From Gemmatimonadales bacterium (GTDB lineage Bacteria > Gemmatimonadota > Gemmatimonadetes > Gemmatimonadales > GWC2-71-9), in assembly GCA_035631795.1 (NCBI GenBank), contig DASQIB010000179.1, positions 1 through 51,801 on the forward strand: DNA of 51,801 nt. Direction: 5' to 3'. The notes below the pieces were generated by a model. The model searched no databases. It saw only the letters and a list, made by a program, of their open reading frames with translations, and was not told the DNA's origin. Of the stretch, positions 34,913 to 43,380 are shown piece after piece; within the stretch, counting starts at the first letter, position 1; each line of letters starts with the position of its first letter. Both the position numbers and the translations under genes were made by a program.

Positions 34913-35427
34913 CGACTCTTCACCGTTTCGCCTCTCCCGTCGGCGAGCTCGTCCTCACGGCCTCGGCCTTGGGGCTGACCGCGATTTATTTCCCGACCTC
35001 GCGGCACGGCCCTCCCCGCGTGGAAAGCGAGGATTGGGTGGAAGACGACGGTCGAGGAGCCGCGGGGGCGATTCTCGCGGGCGCGCGTCAACAGCTGCAG
35101 GAGTATTTCGCCGGCGGGCGGACCGCGTTCGACGTACCATTGGCTGCTTCCGGTACCACGTTCGAGCGGCGCGTCTGGGAGCTGTTGCGTGGCATTCCCT
35201 ACGGCACTACGACGAGCTACGGCGTGCTGGCGCGCCGCCTCGGCGATCCGCGAGCGACGCGAGCCGTGGGCGCGGCGAACGGCAAGAACCCGATTCCCAT
35301 CATCGTCCCCTGTCACCGCGTGGTCGGCGCCCGCGGGGAGCTGACCGGCTTCGGCGGCGGCATCGACCGCAAGCGCTGGCTCCTGGAGCACGAGGGCGCG
35401 CTGATGCGGCTCGGGGGCGGGGGGTAA
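34909..35427 (+). CDS. ogt: Methylated-DNA--protein-cysteine S-methyltransferase
   Basis: Active-site IIVPCHRVV, TSYGVLARRLG and NPIPIIVP. The ATG at 34909 overlaps the upstream stop (ATGA). Confidence 0.92.
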   Translation: MTTLHRFASPVGELVLTASALGLTAIYFPTSRHGPPRVESEDWVEDDGRGAAGAILAGARQQLQEYFAGGRTAFDVPLAASGTTFERRVWELLRGIPYGTTTSYGVLARRLGDPRATRAVGAANGKNPIPIIVPCHRVVGARGELTGFGGGIDRKRWLLEHEGALMRLGGGG

Positions 35428-35463
35428 ACTCCGGGGGCTCGCCCCTCGTAGGACGACGGGCAC

Positions 35464-37050
35464 ATGACGGCTCCGATCAGCCACGAATTCTTGGCCCTCC
35501 AGGACGTCCTCGCGGGCCGCTATTCGCTCGAGCGCGAGCTCGGTCGTGGCGGTATGGGGATCGTGCTGCTCGCCCGCGACGTGGCGCTCGACCGGCCGGT
35601 GGCGATCAAGCTGTTGCCCCCGCATCTCGCCGCCATTCCCGAAGCCCGCGACCGCTTCCTGCAGGAGGCCCGGACAGCCGCGGGCCTGTCCCATCCCAAC
35701 ATCGTGCCGATCCACCTGGTCGAGGCGCGCGGCGATCTCGTGTTCTTCGTGATGGGATACGTGGATGGGGAAACCCTACGCGAGCGGGTCGAGCGCGCCG
35801 GACCGCTCTCCCCGCGCCTGGCGATGAAGCTCCTGCAGGAGGTGGCCTGGGCGCTCGCCTACGCACACCAGCGCGGCCTCATTCACCGCGACGTGAAGCC
35901 CGACAACATCATGATCGAGCGTGCCACGGAGCGAGCCCTCGTCACCGACTTTGGGATCGCGCTCGGCACAGAAGAGGAAGGGGCGCAAGCCGGCGGCGTC
36001 GTGATCGGCACGGCACGGTACATGAGCCCGGAGCAGGCCTGCGGAGAGCCGGTCGACGCGCGGAGCGACCTGTATTCGCTCGGCGCAACGTTCTTCTACG
36101 CCCTCACCGGGCATGCGCCGTTCGAAGGGAGGACGCTCCCCGCGATCCTCGCCAAGCAGGTCGCCGAGCCCGCGCCGCTGGTGCACGTCGCGCGCCCCGA
36201 GGTCCCCGCCAAGCTCGCGGCGGTGATCGATCGCTGCCTCGAGAAGCTCCCCGCCAAGCGGTTCCAGACCGGCGACGACGTGGCGCGCGTGGTGGGAGAA
36301 GCGCGAGGCCGGGACTTCCGCGCCCCGCCGCTGGTGCGGGCGTTCACCCGTAACGCGCAGGTCTCCACGATGGTGCTCTTCGCCATGATGCTCGCCGGCC
36401 AGTCCGTGACCATCGCAAGGACGGGCGTCACGGTCTCCATGGGCGGCCCCGGCGTCATCGGCATCATTTTGTTGTGCCAGCTGATGTTCGTGGCGCGTCG
36501 CCTCTTGAAGGACGGCTACGGCTTCAGCGATATCCGGGCTGCGTTGCTCGCCGAGGCGCAAGTGCAGGCAGAGGAAGCCGAGGTGATCAAGCAGCGCCGG
36601 TGGCTGCGGCGACTCGACACGCTGTGGTACAAGCTCTGGGCTGGGCCGGTGGGCCGGACGTTCTTCAAGGTCGCGGGTTGCCGTCTCAAGGTGTCCGCCC
36701 GGCCCGCGACGGCCTCCGTCGAGCGGACCGAGCTCGTGCTCGAGCGCTCGGCGCTCGCGGCCTTCAACGCGCTGCCCGAGGCCGACCGCCGCCAGACCTC
36801 GGACGTGCCGAGCGTTGTGCAGCGGCTCGAGGCGGGAGCGAAGGCGCTCAGGGCCAAAGGCGACACGGGGGAGCGGCTCACTGAAGCGGTGGCCGCCCTC
36901 GAGCGGTTGCGGCTGGCCCTTTTTCGGTTGCAGGCGGGCGACGGGTCGGTCGGGGACCTGACGTCGGCACTCGAGCGCGCGCGGGAGATCGGCGAGCACG
37001 TCGACGCGCGCCTCGAGGCGGCGCGGGAGGTCGAGAGCCTGCTCGAGTAG
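35464..37050 (+). CDS. Hanks-type serine/threonine protein kinase with two TM helices and a helical C-terminal region
   Basis: GRGGMGIV (P-loop), AIKLL (Lys), HRDVKPDNIM, DFG and SPEQ. TM region VSTMVLFAMMLAGQSV...GVIGIILLCQLMFVA. Confidence 0.9.
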   Translation: MTAPISHEFLALQDVLAGRYSLERELGRGGMGIVLLARDVALDRPVAIKLLPPHLAAIPEARDRFLQEARTAAGLSHPNIVPIHLVEARGDLVFFVMGYVDGETLRERVERAGPLSPRLAMKLLQEVAWALAYAHQRGLIHRDVKPDNIMIERATERALVTDFGIALGTEEEGAQAGGVVIGTARYMSPEQACGEPVDARSDLYSLGATFFYALTGHAPFEGRTLPAILAKQVAEPAPLVHVARPEVPAKLAAVIDRCLEKLPAKRFQTGDDVARVVGEARGRDFRAPPLVRAFTRNAQVSTMVLFAMMLAGQSVTIARTGVTVSMGGPGVIGIILLCQLMFVARRLLKDGYGFSDIRAALLAEAQVQAEEAEVIKQRRWLRRLDTLWYKLWAGPVGRTFFKVAGCRLKVSARPATASVERTELVLERSALAAFNALPEADRRQTSDVPSVVQRLEAGAKALRAKGDTGERLTEAVAALERLRLALFRLQAGDGSVGDLTSALERAREIGEHVDARLEAAREVESLLE

Positions 37051-37074
37051 AGCTCTCCCACCTGACATTGTGCG

Positions 37075-38178
37075 GTGGGGGACCGGCCCCCCATCTTCCA
37101 GGGCATGGTTGCGCGCGAGCACCATGCGGCCGAGCGCCGACTGTTGCCGCCACGCCGCACCGCGATCGAGCGGCGCATCGGCGAGCGGCGCCTCGAGCTC
37201 CTCGCGCTTCCCGACGAGCGGCGCGAGCAGACCGATCGGCGGCAGGGCGCGGAACGGCGCGAGCGAGCTGGTCGCCGCCAGGGTGACGTCTCGCGCCGCG
37301 GCCGGCTGGTCGTCCTGGTGGTGAGCGACCGTGACGCCGAGGTGCGGCAGGTGCGGGAGCTCCTCCACGGCGCGGCGCCGGAGCATTTTGACGTGACGGC
37401 GATAGCGCCGGACGCATCGCTCGACCGGCTCGCGCGGGGCGGGATCGATGTCGTCCTGCTGACGCTCTCCCTCTCCGCCCGGCGCGGCTTCAGCACCTTC
37501 GCCGAGCTGCGCGCCCTCGCGCCCGCCATCCCGTTCCTGTTTCTCTCGGATGCGAAGGACGCCCGTCACGGACTCGAGGCCGTCCGGGCGGGCGCACAGG
37601 ACTACCTCGTCACGGCCGAGCTCGACGGGCCCGGGCTCGCCCGCGCGGTGCGGCACGCCATCGAGCGGAACCGTCTCCACGCCGCGCTCCTCGACATGGC
37701 GCTCGTGGATGACTTGACCGGCCTCTACAACCGGCGCGGGTTCCTCACCCTGGCGACACGGGATCTGCGCTTGGCCCGGCGGGGTGATGAAACGCTGCTC
37801 GTGGCGTTCGCCGACATGGACGGCTTGAAGAGTGTGAACGATACCTCGGGGCACGCCGTGGGTGACCGCGCGCTACGAGACACCGCCGGGGTCCTGCGGC
37901 AAACGTTCCGCGAGTCCGATCTCGTCGCCCGGATCGGCGGTGACGAATACGCGGTGCTGGTGCGCCATGCGAAACCAGACACCGCGGGCGTTCTGGGCGA
38001 TCGCCTGAAGCGCCAGGTGCGCGAGTTCAACCGCCGCGCCGTCCGACCATACGAGCTCTCGATCAGCCTCGGCTTCGCCTTCCACAAGGCGAGCACGCTG
38101 GACTCGGTGACCGGCTTGCTCGACCGCGCCGATCGGGCGCTGTACCGCGACAAACGGCGTAAGCACGAGGAGGGCTGA
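37075..38178 (+). CDS. GGDEF-domain protein (diguanylate cyclase-like, GGDEY variant) with a degenerate receiver domain and an Arg/Glu-repeat N-terminus
   Basis: DDLTGLYNRRGF, RESD (I-site position) and RIGGDEYAVLV. The receiver-like segment has T at the phospho-Asp position (DVVLLTLSLS) and T at the Lys position (DYLVTAE). The start is GTG 37075 or ATG 37105. Confidence 0.82.
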   Translation: MGDRPPIFQGMVAREHHAAERRLLPPRRTAIERRIGERRLELLALPDERREQTDRRQGAERRERAGRRQGDVSRRGRLVVLVVSDRDAEVRQVRELLHGAAPEHFDVTAIAPDASLDRLARGGIDVVLLTLSLSARRGFSTFAELRALAPAIPFLFLSDAKDARHGLEAVRAGAQDYLVTAELDGPGLARAVRHAIERNRLHAALLDMALVDDLTGLYNRRGFLTLATRDLRLARRGDETLLVAFADMDGLKSVNDTSGHAVGDRALRDTAGVLRQTFRESDLVARIGGDEYAVLVRHAKPDTAGVLGDRLKRQVREFNRRAVRPYELSISLGFAFHKASTLDSVTGLLDRADRALYRDKRRKHEEG

Positions 38179-38179
38179 G

Positions 38180-38707
38180 GTGGAGCTCTCCCTGGATGCG
38201 GCACTCGAAATCCTTCCCCGCACGCCGGGCACGCTCAAGAGCATGCTGCGCGGGCTGTCGCCACAATGGACCACCGGCACCGAAGGGCCCGACACCTGGA
38301 GCGCCGAAGGGATCGTGGGTCATCTGATTCACGGTGAAGAAACCGACTGGATTCCGCGCGCGACCATGATTCTCACCAAGGGCGAGTCGCAGACCTTCAA
38401 GCCGTTCGATCGGTTCGCGCAGGCGGAACGCTTCCGCGACTGGTCGCTCGACCAGCTGTTGAACCGGTTCGCCGAGCTGCGCCAGGAGAGCCTGCGCACG
38501 TTGCGGGGATGGCGCCTGAAACCCGAGCAGCTGACGTTGCGGGGCCGGCATCCCGAGCTCGGAACGGTGACGCTGTCGCAGCTGCTCGCCTGTTGGGTGG
38601 TCCACGACCTCGGACACCTGGCCCAAATCTCTCGCGTGATGGCCAAGCAGTACACGGATGCGGTCGGGCCGTGGCAGGCCTACTTACCGGTGCTCACCCG
38701 CAAATGA
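38180..38707 (+). CDS. DinB-family protein (second copy in the window)
   Basis: GTG start 1 nt after the upstream stop. GHLIHGEETDWIPR and LACWVVHDLGHLAQISRV are His-bearing helices of the DinB fold. Confidence 0.8.
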   Translation: MELSLDAALEILPRTPGTLKSMLRGLSPQWTTGTEGPDTWSAEGIVGHLIHGEETDWIPRATMILTKGESQTFKPFDRFAQAERFRDWSLDQLLNRFAELRQESLRTLRGWRLKPEQLTLRGRHPELGTVTLSQLLACWVVHDLGHLAQISRVMAKQYTDAVGPWQAYLPVLTRK

Positions 38708-38711
38708 CGTC

Positions 38712-40283
38712 GTGATCCTCCGTAGTCCGTATCCCGACGTGCGGGTGCCAGATGTCCCGCTGCATCGCTTCGTGCTCGCCGAGGCGCGAGCCCTCGGCGA
38801 CAAGCCCGCCCTGATCGACGGACCAAGCGGCCGCACGCTGACTTACGCGCAGCTCGCCGCGGGAGTCGACTGCGTCGCGGCGGGACTCGACCGTCAAGGC
38901 TTCAAGAAAGGCGACGTGCTCGGCCTGTTCGCGCCGAACTGCCCCGAGTTTGCACTCGCTTTCCACGGCGCCCTGGCCGCCGGTGGCGTCGTCACCACCG
39001 TCAACTCGCTCTCGACTGTGCAGGACCTGCAATTCCAGCTCCACAACGCGGGGGCGCGGTTCCTCGTGACGGCCCCTGCGTTCCTCGACCGCGCCGTCCC
39101 CGCGGCCGGCCTGGCCGGGATCGAGCGCGTGTTCGTCCTGGGCGGCGCGCCGGAGTCGCCGGGTACGACCTCGTTTGACGCGCTGCTCGCCACCACGGCG
39201 CCCGCACCCGACGTCAGCATCGAGCCCGCCATTGATCTCGCCGCTCTGCCGTACTCGAGCGGGACCACGGGCCTGCCCAAAGGCGTGATGCTGACACACC
39301 GTAATCTCGTCGCGAACCTTGTCCAGACCGCCGCGCAACATCCCGTCGCAGGTGAAGACCGCATCGTCGCCGTGCTGCCGTTTTTCCATATCTATGGTCT
39401 GCAGGTGGTCCTGAACCTCGGACTTTGGCACGGGGCGACCCTCGTCACGATGCCGCGGTTTGAACTCGAAGCGTTCCTCGGCCTGTTGCAGCACTGGCGG
39501 ATCACGCGCGCCTTTGTGGTCCCTCCCATCGTGCTCGCCCTCGCGAAACATCCGGTGGTGGACCGTTACGATTTGTCGAGCCTGACGATGATGATGTCCG
39601 GCGCGGCCCCGCTCGACGCGGCGCTCGAGACGGCGTGCGGCCGCCAGGTGGGTTGCGAGATCGTTCAGGGATACGGGCTCACCGAGGCGAGCCCGGTCAC
39701 GCACGCCAACCCTGTTGGGCCCGGGAAACCGAAGCCCGGTACGGTAGGCCAGCTGCTGCCGAATACCGAGTGCCGGATTGTCGACGCGGCGGGCGGCGGG
39801 GATCTGGAGCCGGGTGAAGACGGGGAGCTATGGATCCGCGGGCCTCAGGTGATGCGGGGGTACCTGAACAACGGCGAAGCGACGTCCGCGATGCTCGACC
39901 GTGCCGGATGGCTGCACACGGGAGACATCGGTCACGTGGACCAGGACGGGTATTTCACGATCGTCGATCGGCTGAAGGAGCTGATCAAGTACAAAGGCTT
40001 CCAGGTCGCACCCGCCGAGCTCGAGGCCGTGCTGTGCGGCCATCCCGCCGTCGCCGACGCGGCGGTGGTGCCGATGGCGGACGACGAGTGCGGCGAGGTG
40101 CCGAAAGCCTTCGTGGTGCTGCGGGGCGCAGCGTCGCCGGCCGATTTGATGGCATACGTGGCCGAGCGGGTGGCGCCCTACAAGAAGATCCGCATGGTTG
40201 AGCTTATCGACGCGATCCCGAAGTCACCGTCTGGCAAGATCCTGCGGCGCGTGCTTCGGGACCGGGAGCACGCGATTCACTAA
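38712..40283 (+). CDS. AMP-binding acyl/aryl-CoA ligase (4-coumarate--CoA ligase / long-chain acyl-CoA synthetase-like)
   Basis: LPYSSGTTGLPKGVMLTHRN (AMP-binding motif), GYGLTE, WLHTGD and PKSPSGKILRR. GTG 38712 gives an N-terminus of ILRSPYPDVRVPD, which is typical of 4CL-like enzymes. Confidence 0.88.
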   Translation: MILRSPYPDVRVPDVPLHRFVLAEARALGDKPALIDGPSGRTLTYAQLAAGVDCVAAGLDRQGFKKGDVLGLFAPNCPEFALAFHGALAAGGVVTTVNSLSTVQDLQFQLHNAGARFLVTAPAFLDRAVPAAGLAGIERVFVLGGAPESPGTTSFDALLATTAPAPDVSIEPAIDLAALPYSSGTTGLPKGVMLTHRNLVANLVQTAAQHPVAGEDRIVAVLPFFHIYGLQVVLNLGLWHGATLVTMPRFELEAFLGLLQHWRITRAFVVPPIVLALAKHPVVDRYDLSSLTMMMSGAAPLDAALETACGRQVGCEIVQGYGLTEASPVTHANPVGPGKPKPGTVGQLLPNTECRIVDAAGGGDLEPGEDGELWIRGPQVMRGYLNNGEATSAMLDRAGWLHTGDIGHVDQDGYFTIVDRLKELIKYKGFQVAPAELEAVLCGHPAVADAAVVPMADDECGEVPKAFVVLRGAASPADLMAYVAERVAPYKKIRMVELIDAIPKSPSGKILRRVLRDREHAIH

Positions 40284-40936
40284 CGTTTCTCGCGCAGGAG
40301 TCTCCACGCGAGGTTCCAGCTGCCCCCCTGAATCGCGATCACGCAATAGAGCACGGCGAGTGGTTCGAGCAAGCGCGCCCCCGTCATCGGGCCGATGTCG
40401 ACGGGCACCCAGCCGAAGTTGCGGCAGATATCGGCCACGGTGGCGCGGGCCTGCGCGTCGTCGCCGCAGAGGAACATGTCGGGCGGGCCGCCCTCGAGCC
40501 GCGGCTTGTACATGTGCGCGTGGGTGACGGTGTTGAACGCCTTGACCACGTTGGCGCCGCGCAACCAGCGCTGCACCTGCTCCCCGGCGGAGTCGCTGAA
40601 TCCGATAGCGAGGCCCAGGGGCGCGTACGGGACCGGCGTCAGCGGGTTCGTGGCGTCGATCACAACCTTGCCCGCGAGGTTCTTCGGGTCCGCGAGCTTG
40701 ATCGCGTTCTCGGTCGCGCCGCCGTCCCATTTGGTGGCGAGCAGCGCGAGCTCCGCGAACTTCGCGGCGTCCGCGAACGTCCCCGCCGAGGCGTTCGGGC
40801 CCGCCTGCTTCACCCACTGGGTGACTTTCCCGTCGTCCGGCTTGCGGGTGCCAAGCTTCACCTGGTGACCCTCCTTGATGAAGGCCGTCCCCAGGGCCTG
40901 GCCGACCGGGCCGGATCCGATGATGCCGATTCTCAT
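40280..40936 (-). CDS. NAD(P)-binding oxidoreductase, NADPH-dependent F420 reductase (NpdG)-like
   Basis: Rossmann N-terminus MRIGIIGSGPVGQALGTAF from ATG 40936, and VVIDATNPL. Stop codons overlap convergently with the CoA ligase gene. Confidence 0.72.
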   Translation of the reverse strand: MRIGIIGSGPVGQALGTAFIKEGHQVKLGTRKPDDGKVTQWVKQAGPNASAGTFADAAKFAELALLATKWDGGATENAIKLADPKNLAGKVVIDATNPLTPVPYAPLGLAIGFSDSAGEQVQRWLRGANVVKAFNTVTHAHMYKPRLEGGPPDMFLCGDDAQARATVADICRNFGWVPVDIGPMTGARLLEPLAVLYCVIAIQGGSWNLAWRLLREKR

Positions 40937-40982
40937 GGGTGAGGGAACGGTAAGCGGTTGCGGGTAAATTTCCAACACGCCT

Positions 40983-42533
40983 GTGCTCCTCCACGACTTA
41001 GTTCAGACCTCGCAGCGGGTGGCCGAAACGAGCGGCCGGCTCGCGAAGATCGGCCTCCTCGCCGATCTGCTCGGGCGCGCCACGTCGGACGAGATCGAGA
41101 CCGCCATTGCCTTTCTCTCCGGGACGACCACGGTGGAACGCCTTGGCGTCGGGTGGGCCGCGCTAGAGACGGCTCGAGGCGATGCGACGGCCCAGACGCC
41201 AAGCCTCCAGCTCGGCACGGTGGTCGCGGCCTTGCGGCGTCTCGCCGAAACGAGCGGGCCCGGATCGGTCCTCACCAAGAAGCGGATCCTGAGCGAGCTA
41301 CTCGCGAGCGCGACGCCGGAGGAACAGGAATTCCTTATCCGCCTGCTCGCGGGTGAGCTCCGCCAGGGGGCGCTCGAGGGACTGGTGACAGAGGCCGTGG
41401 CCCGGGTCGCTGGTCAGGATGCCGAGGTCATTCGCCGCGCGACGATGGTGGCGGGAGACCTGGGAGTCGTCGCGCGAGCCGCCGTCACGCAGGGTGCGTC
41501 CGGCCTCGCGGCCTTCCGGGTGCAGCTCTTCCGCCCGCTCCAACCGATGCTCGCCCAGGCCGCGGACGACGTGGGGGACGCGTTCACGCAGCTGGGAGGC
41601 GGTGTGGCGGCGTTCGAATACAAGCTAGACGGCGCTCGCATCCAGGTGCACAAGTCGCTGGAGCGGGTGCAGGTATTCTCCCGCCAGCTGAACGACGTGA
41701 CGCAGGCGGTGCCCGAAGTGGTCGAGGTCGCCCGCGCGTTGAAGCCGCACGACGTCATACTCGACGGTGAAGCGATCGCGCTCCGGGCCGACGGAACGCC
41801 GCTGCCGTTCCAGGTCACCATGCGCCGCTTCGGGCGGAAGCTCGACGTGGATCGTCTGCGCGACGAGCTGCCGCTCTCGTCGTTCTTCTTCGACATCCTC
41901 TACGCGGACGGCGTCGCGTTGCTCGACGAGCCGTACCGCCGCCGGTTTGAAGCGCTCGCCGCCACCGTGCCCGCCTCGACGCTCGTCCCGCGGCTGGTGA
42001 CGGCGGACCCGAGTGAAGCAGCCGCGCTCTTCGAGCGAGCGATCGCCGCGGGTCAGGAGGGGCTCATGGCCAAAGCGCTGGACGCGCGCTACGAGGCCGG
42101 CGCGCGGGGAGCGGGGTGGCTCAAAGTGAAGCCTGCACAAACGCTCGACCTCGTCGTGCTTGCGGCCGAGTGGGGTCACGGCCGCCGCCACGGTCGCCTC
42201 TCGAACATTCACCTGGGCGCGCGGGACCCGACTGCCGGCGGCTTCGTCATGCTCGGCAAGACGTTCAAGGGCATGACGGACGCGCTGCTCGAGTGGCAGA
42301 CGGCCAGGCTCCTCGAGCTGGAGACGGGTCGCGCCGGGCATGTCGTCCATGTCCGCCCGGAGCTGGTCGTCGAGGTCGCGTTCAACGGCATCCAGACCAG
42401 CCCCACGTATCCGGGCGGGCTCGCTCTGCGGTTCGCCCGCGTCGTGTGCTACCGGCCCGACAAGGGCCCCGCCCAGGCCGACACGATCGACACCGTGCGC
42501 AAGCTGCACCGCCGGGGCCGAGGCGACGCCTGA
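40983..42533 (+). CDS. ATP-dependent DNA ligase (three-domain Lig1/LigB-like)
   Basis: Adenylation motif I FEYKLDGARIQVH (KxDG), ILDGEAIA, FFFDILY, EGLMAK and WLKVK. GTG start. Confidence 0.9.
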   Translation: MLLHDLVQTSQRVAETSGRLAKIGLLADLLGRATSDEIETAIAFLSGTTTVERLGVGWAALETARGDATAQTPSLQLGTVVAALRRLAETSGPGSVLTKKRILSELLASATPEEQEFLIRLLAGELRQGALEGLVTEAVARVAGQDAEVIRRATMVAGDLGVVARAAVTQGASGLAAFRVQLFRPLQPMLAQAADDVGDAFTQLGGGVAAFEYKLDGARIQVHKSLERVQVFSRQLNDVTQAVPEVVEVARALKPHDVILDGEAIALRADGTPLPFQVTMRRFGRKLDVDRLRDELPLSSFFFDILYADGVALLDEPYRRRFEALAATVPASTLVPRLVTADPSEAAALFERAIAAGQEGLMAKALDARYEAGARGAGWLKVKPAQTLDLVVLAAEWGHGRRHGRLSNIHLGARDPTAGGFVMLGKTFKGMTDALLEWQTARLLELETGRAGHVVHVRPELVVEVAFNGIQTSPTYPGGLALRFARVVCYRPDKGPAQADTIDTVRKLHRRGRGDA

Positions 42534-42645
42534 GGTTGTGTCAGGACGCGGTCAGGTCTTCTTCTCGATTCCCGAAACTCCCCGCCGGAACATTTCGTCG
42601 TCCCAACTGGTCCTTGGCTGTGGGCCGTCGGGTAGGCGTCTTCCG

Positions 42646-43338
42646 ATGCGAGGAGGAGTTGTGGAATTCAGGCTCTTGGAGACCAAGCGAAAAATCGACC
42701 GGCGGCTCTTCGGAACGGGATTCGGGACCCTGGCGGTACACGGCGGCGTGGTGCTCGCCGTCGTGTTCGGTACCATGCACGCCGGGCCTCTCGATACGAC
42801 GGTGAAGCTGGACACGACGGTCGTGCTCCTGACACAGGAACAAAAGCGGCCCGAAGCGCCCCCCCCTCCGGTGCAGATCACCGAGCCGCTGCGCGGGTTC
42901 CAGACCGTGGTCGTCCCGACCGAAATCCCGACGAGCATACCGTCGGTCGACCTGCAGCAGCACTTCGATCCCAAGGATTATTCCGGGATAGGCGTGGAGG
43001 GTGGGCGGGCCGACGGCGTGGTTCCCCGGGGAGACGCGGTGTACGCGGAAGCCGTTGTCGAGGAGCGGCCCGCGCTGCTCTCCGCGCCGCCTCCACCGTA
43101 TCCGGATCTCTTGAAGCAGGCGGGCATCCAGGGCCGCGTTTTGCTGCGCGCCATCGTGGACACGACTGGGCACGCGGAGCCCAATTCGGTGGAAATAATC
43201 TCGAGCCCCAATCCGGGCTTCAACATCCCCGCGCGGATGTGGGTGCTGCGCGCCGTGTTTCGGCCCGCTCGGTTGCATGGTCAAGCGGTGCGCGTGCACG
43301 TCACGTTGCCGATCGACTACTCGTTGCGGCGAGGCTGA
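42646..43338 (+). CDS. TonB-family energy transducer
   Basis: N-terminal TM helix GTLAVHGGVVLAVVFG, Pro-rich spacer RPEAPPPPVQ, and C-terminal TonB domain PPPPYPDLLKQAGIQGRVLLRAIVDTTGHAEP...GQAVRVHVTLPIDY. Confidence 0.8.
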   Translation: MRGGVVEFRLLETKRKIDRRLFGTGFGTLAVHGGVVLAVVFGTMHAGPLDTTVKLDTTVVLLTQEQKRPEAPPPPVQITEPLRGFQTVVVPTEIPTSIPSVDLQQHFDPKDYSGIGVEGGRADGVVPRGDAVYAEAVVEERPALLSAPPPPYPDLLKQAGIQGRVLLRAIVDTTGHAEPNSVEIISSPNPGFNIPARMWVLRAVFRPARLHGQAVRVHVTLPIDYSLRRG

Positions 43339-43380
43339 AGGTCAGCCTCCGGGCCTCGCGGCGCGTACTCCCCCAGGAGC

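Noticed and set aside
35776-37854. 692-aa ORF antisense to the Ser/Thr kinase and GGDEF genes
   Set aside because: It spans two well-supported plus-strand genes and their intergenic gap, and it has no recognisable domain. It is a shadow ORF.
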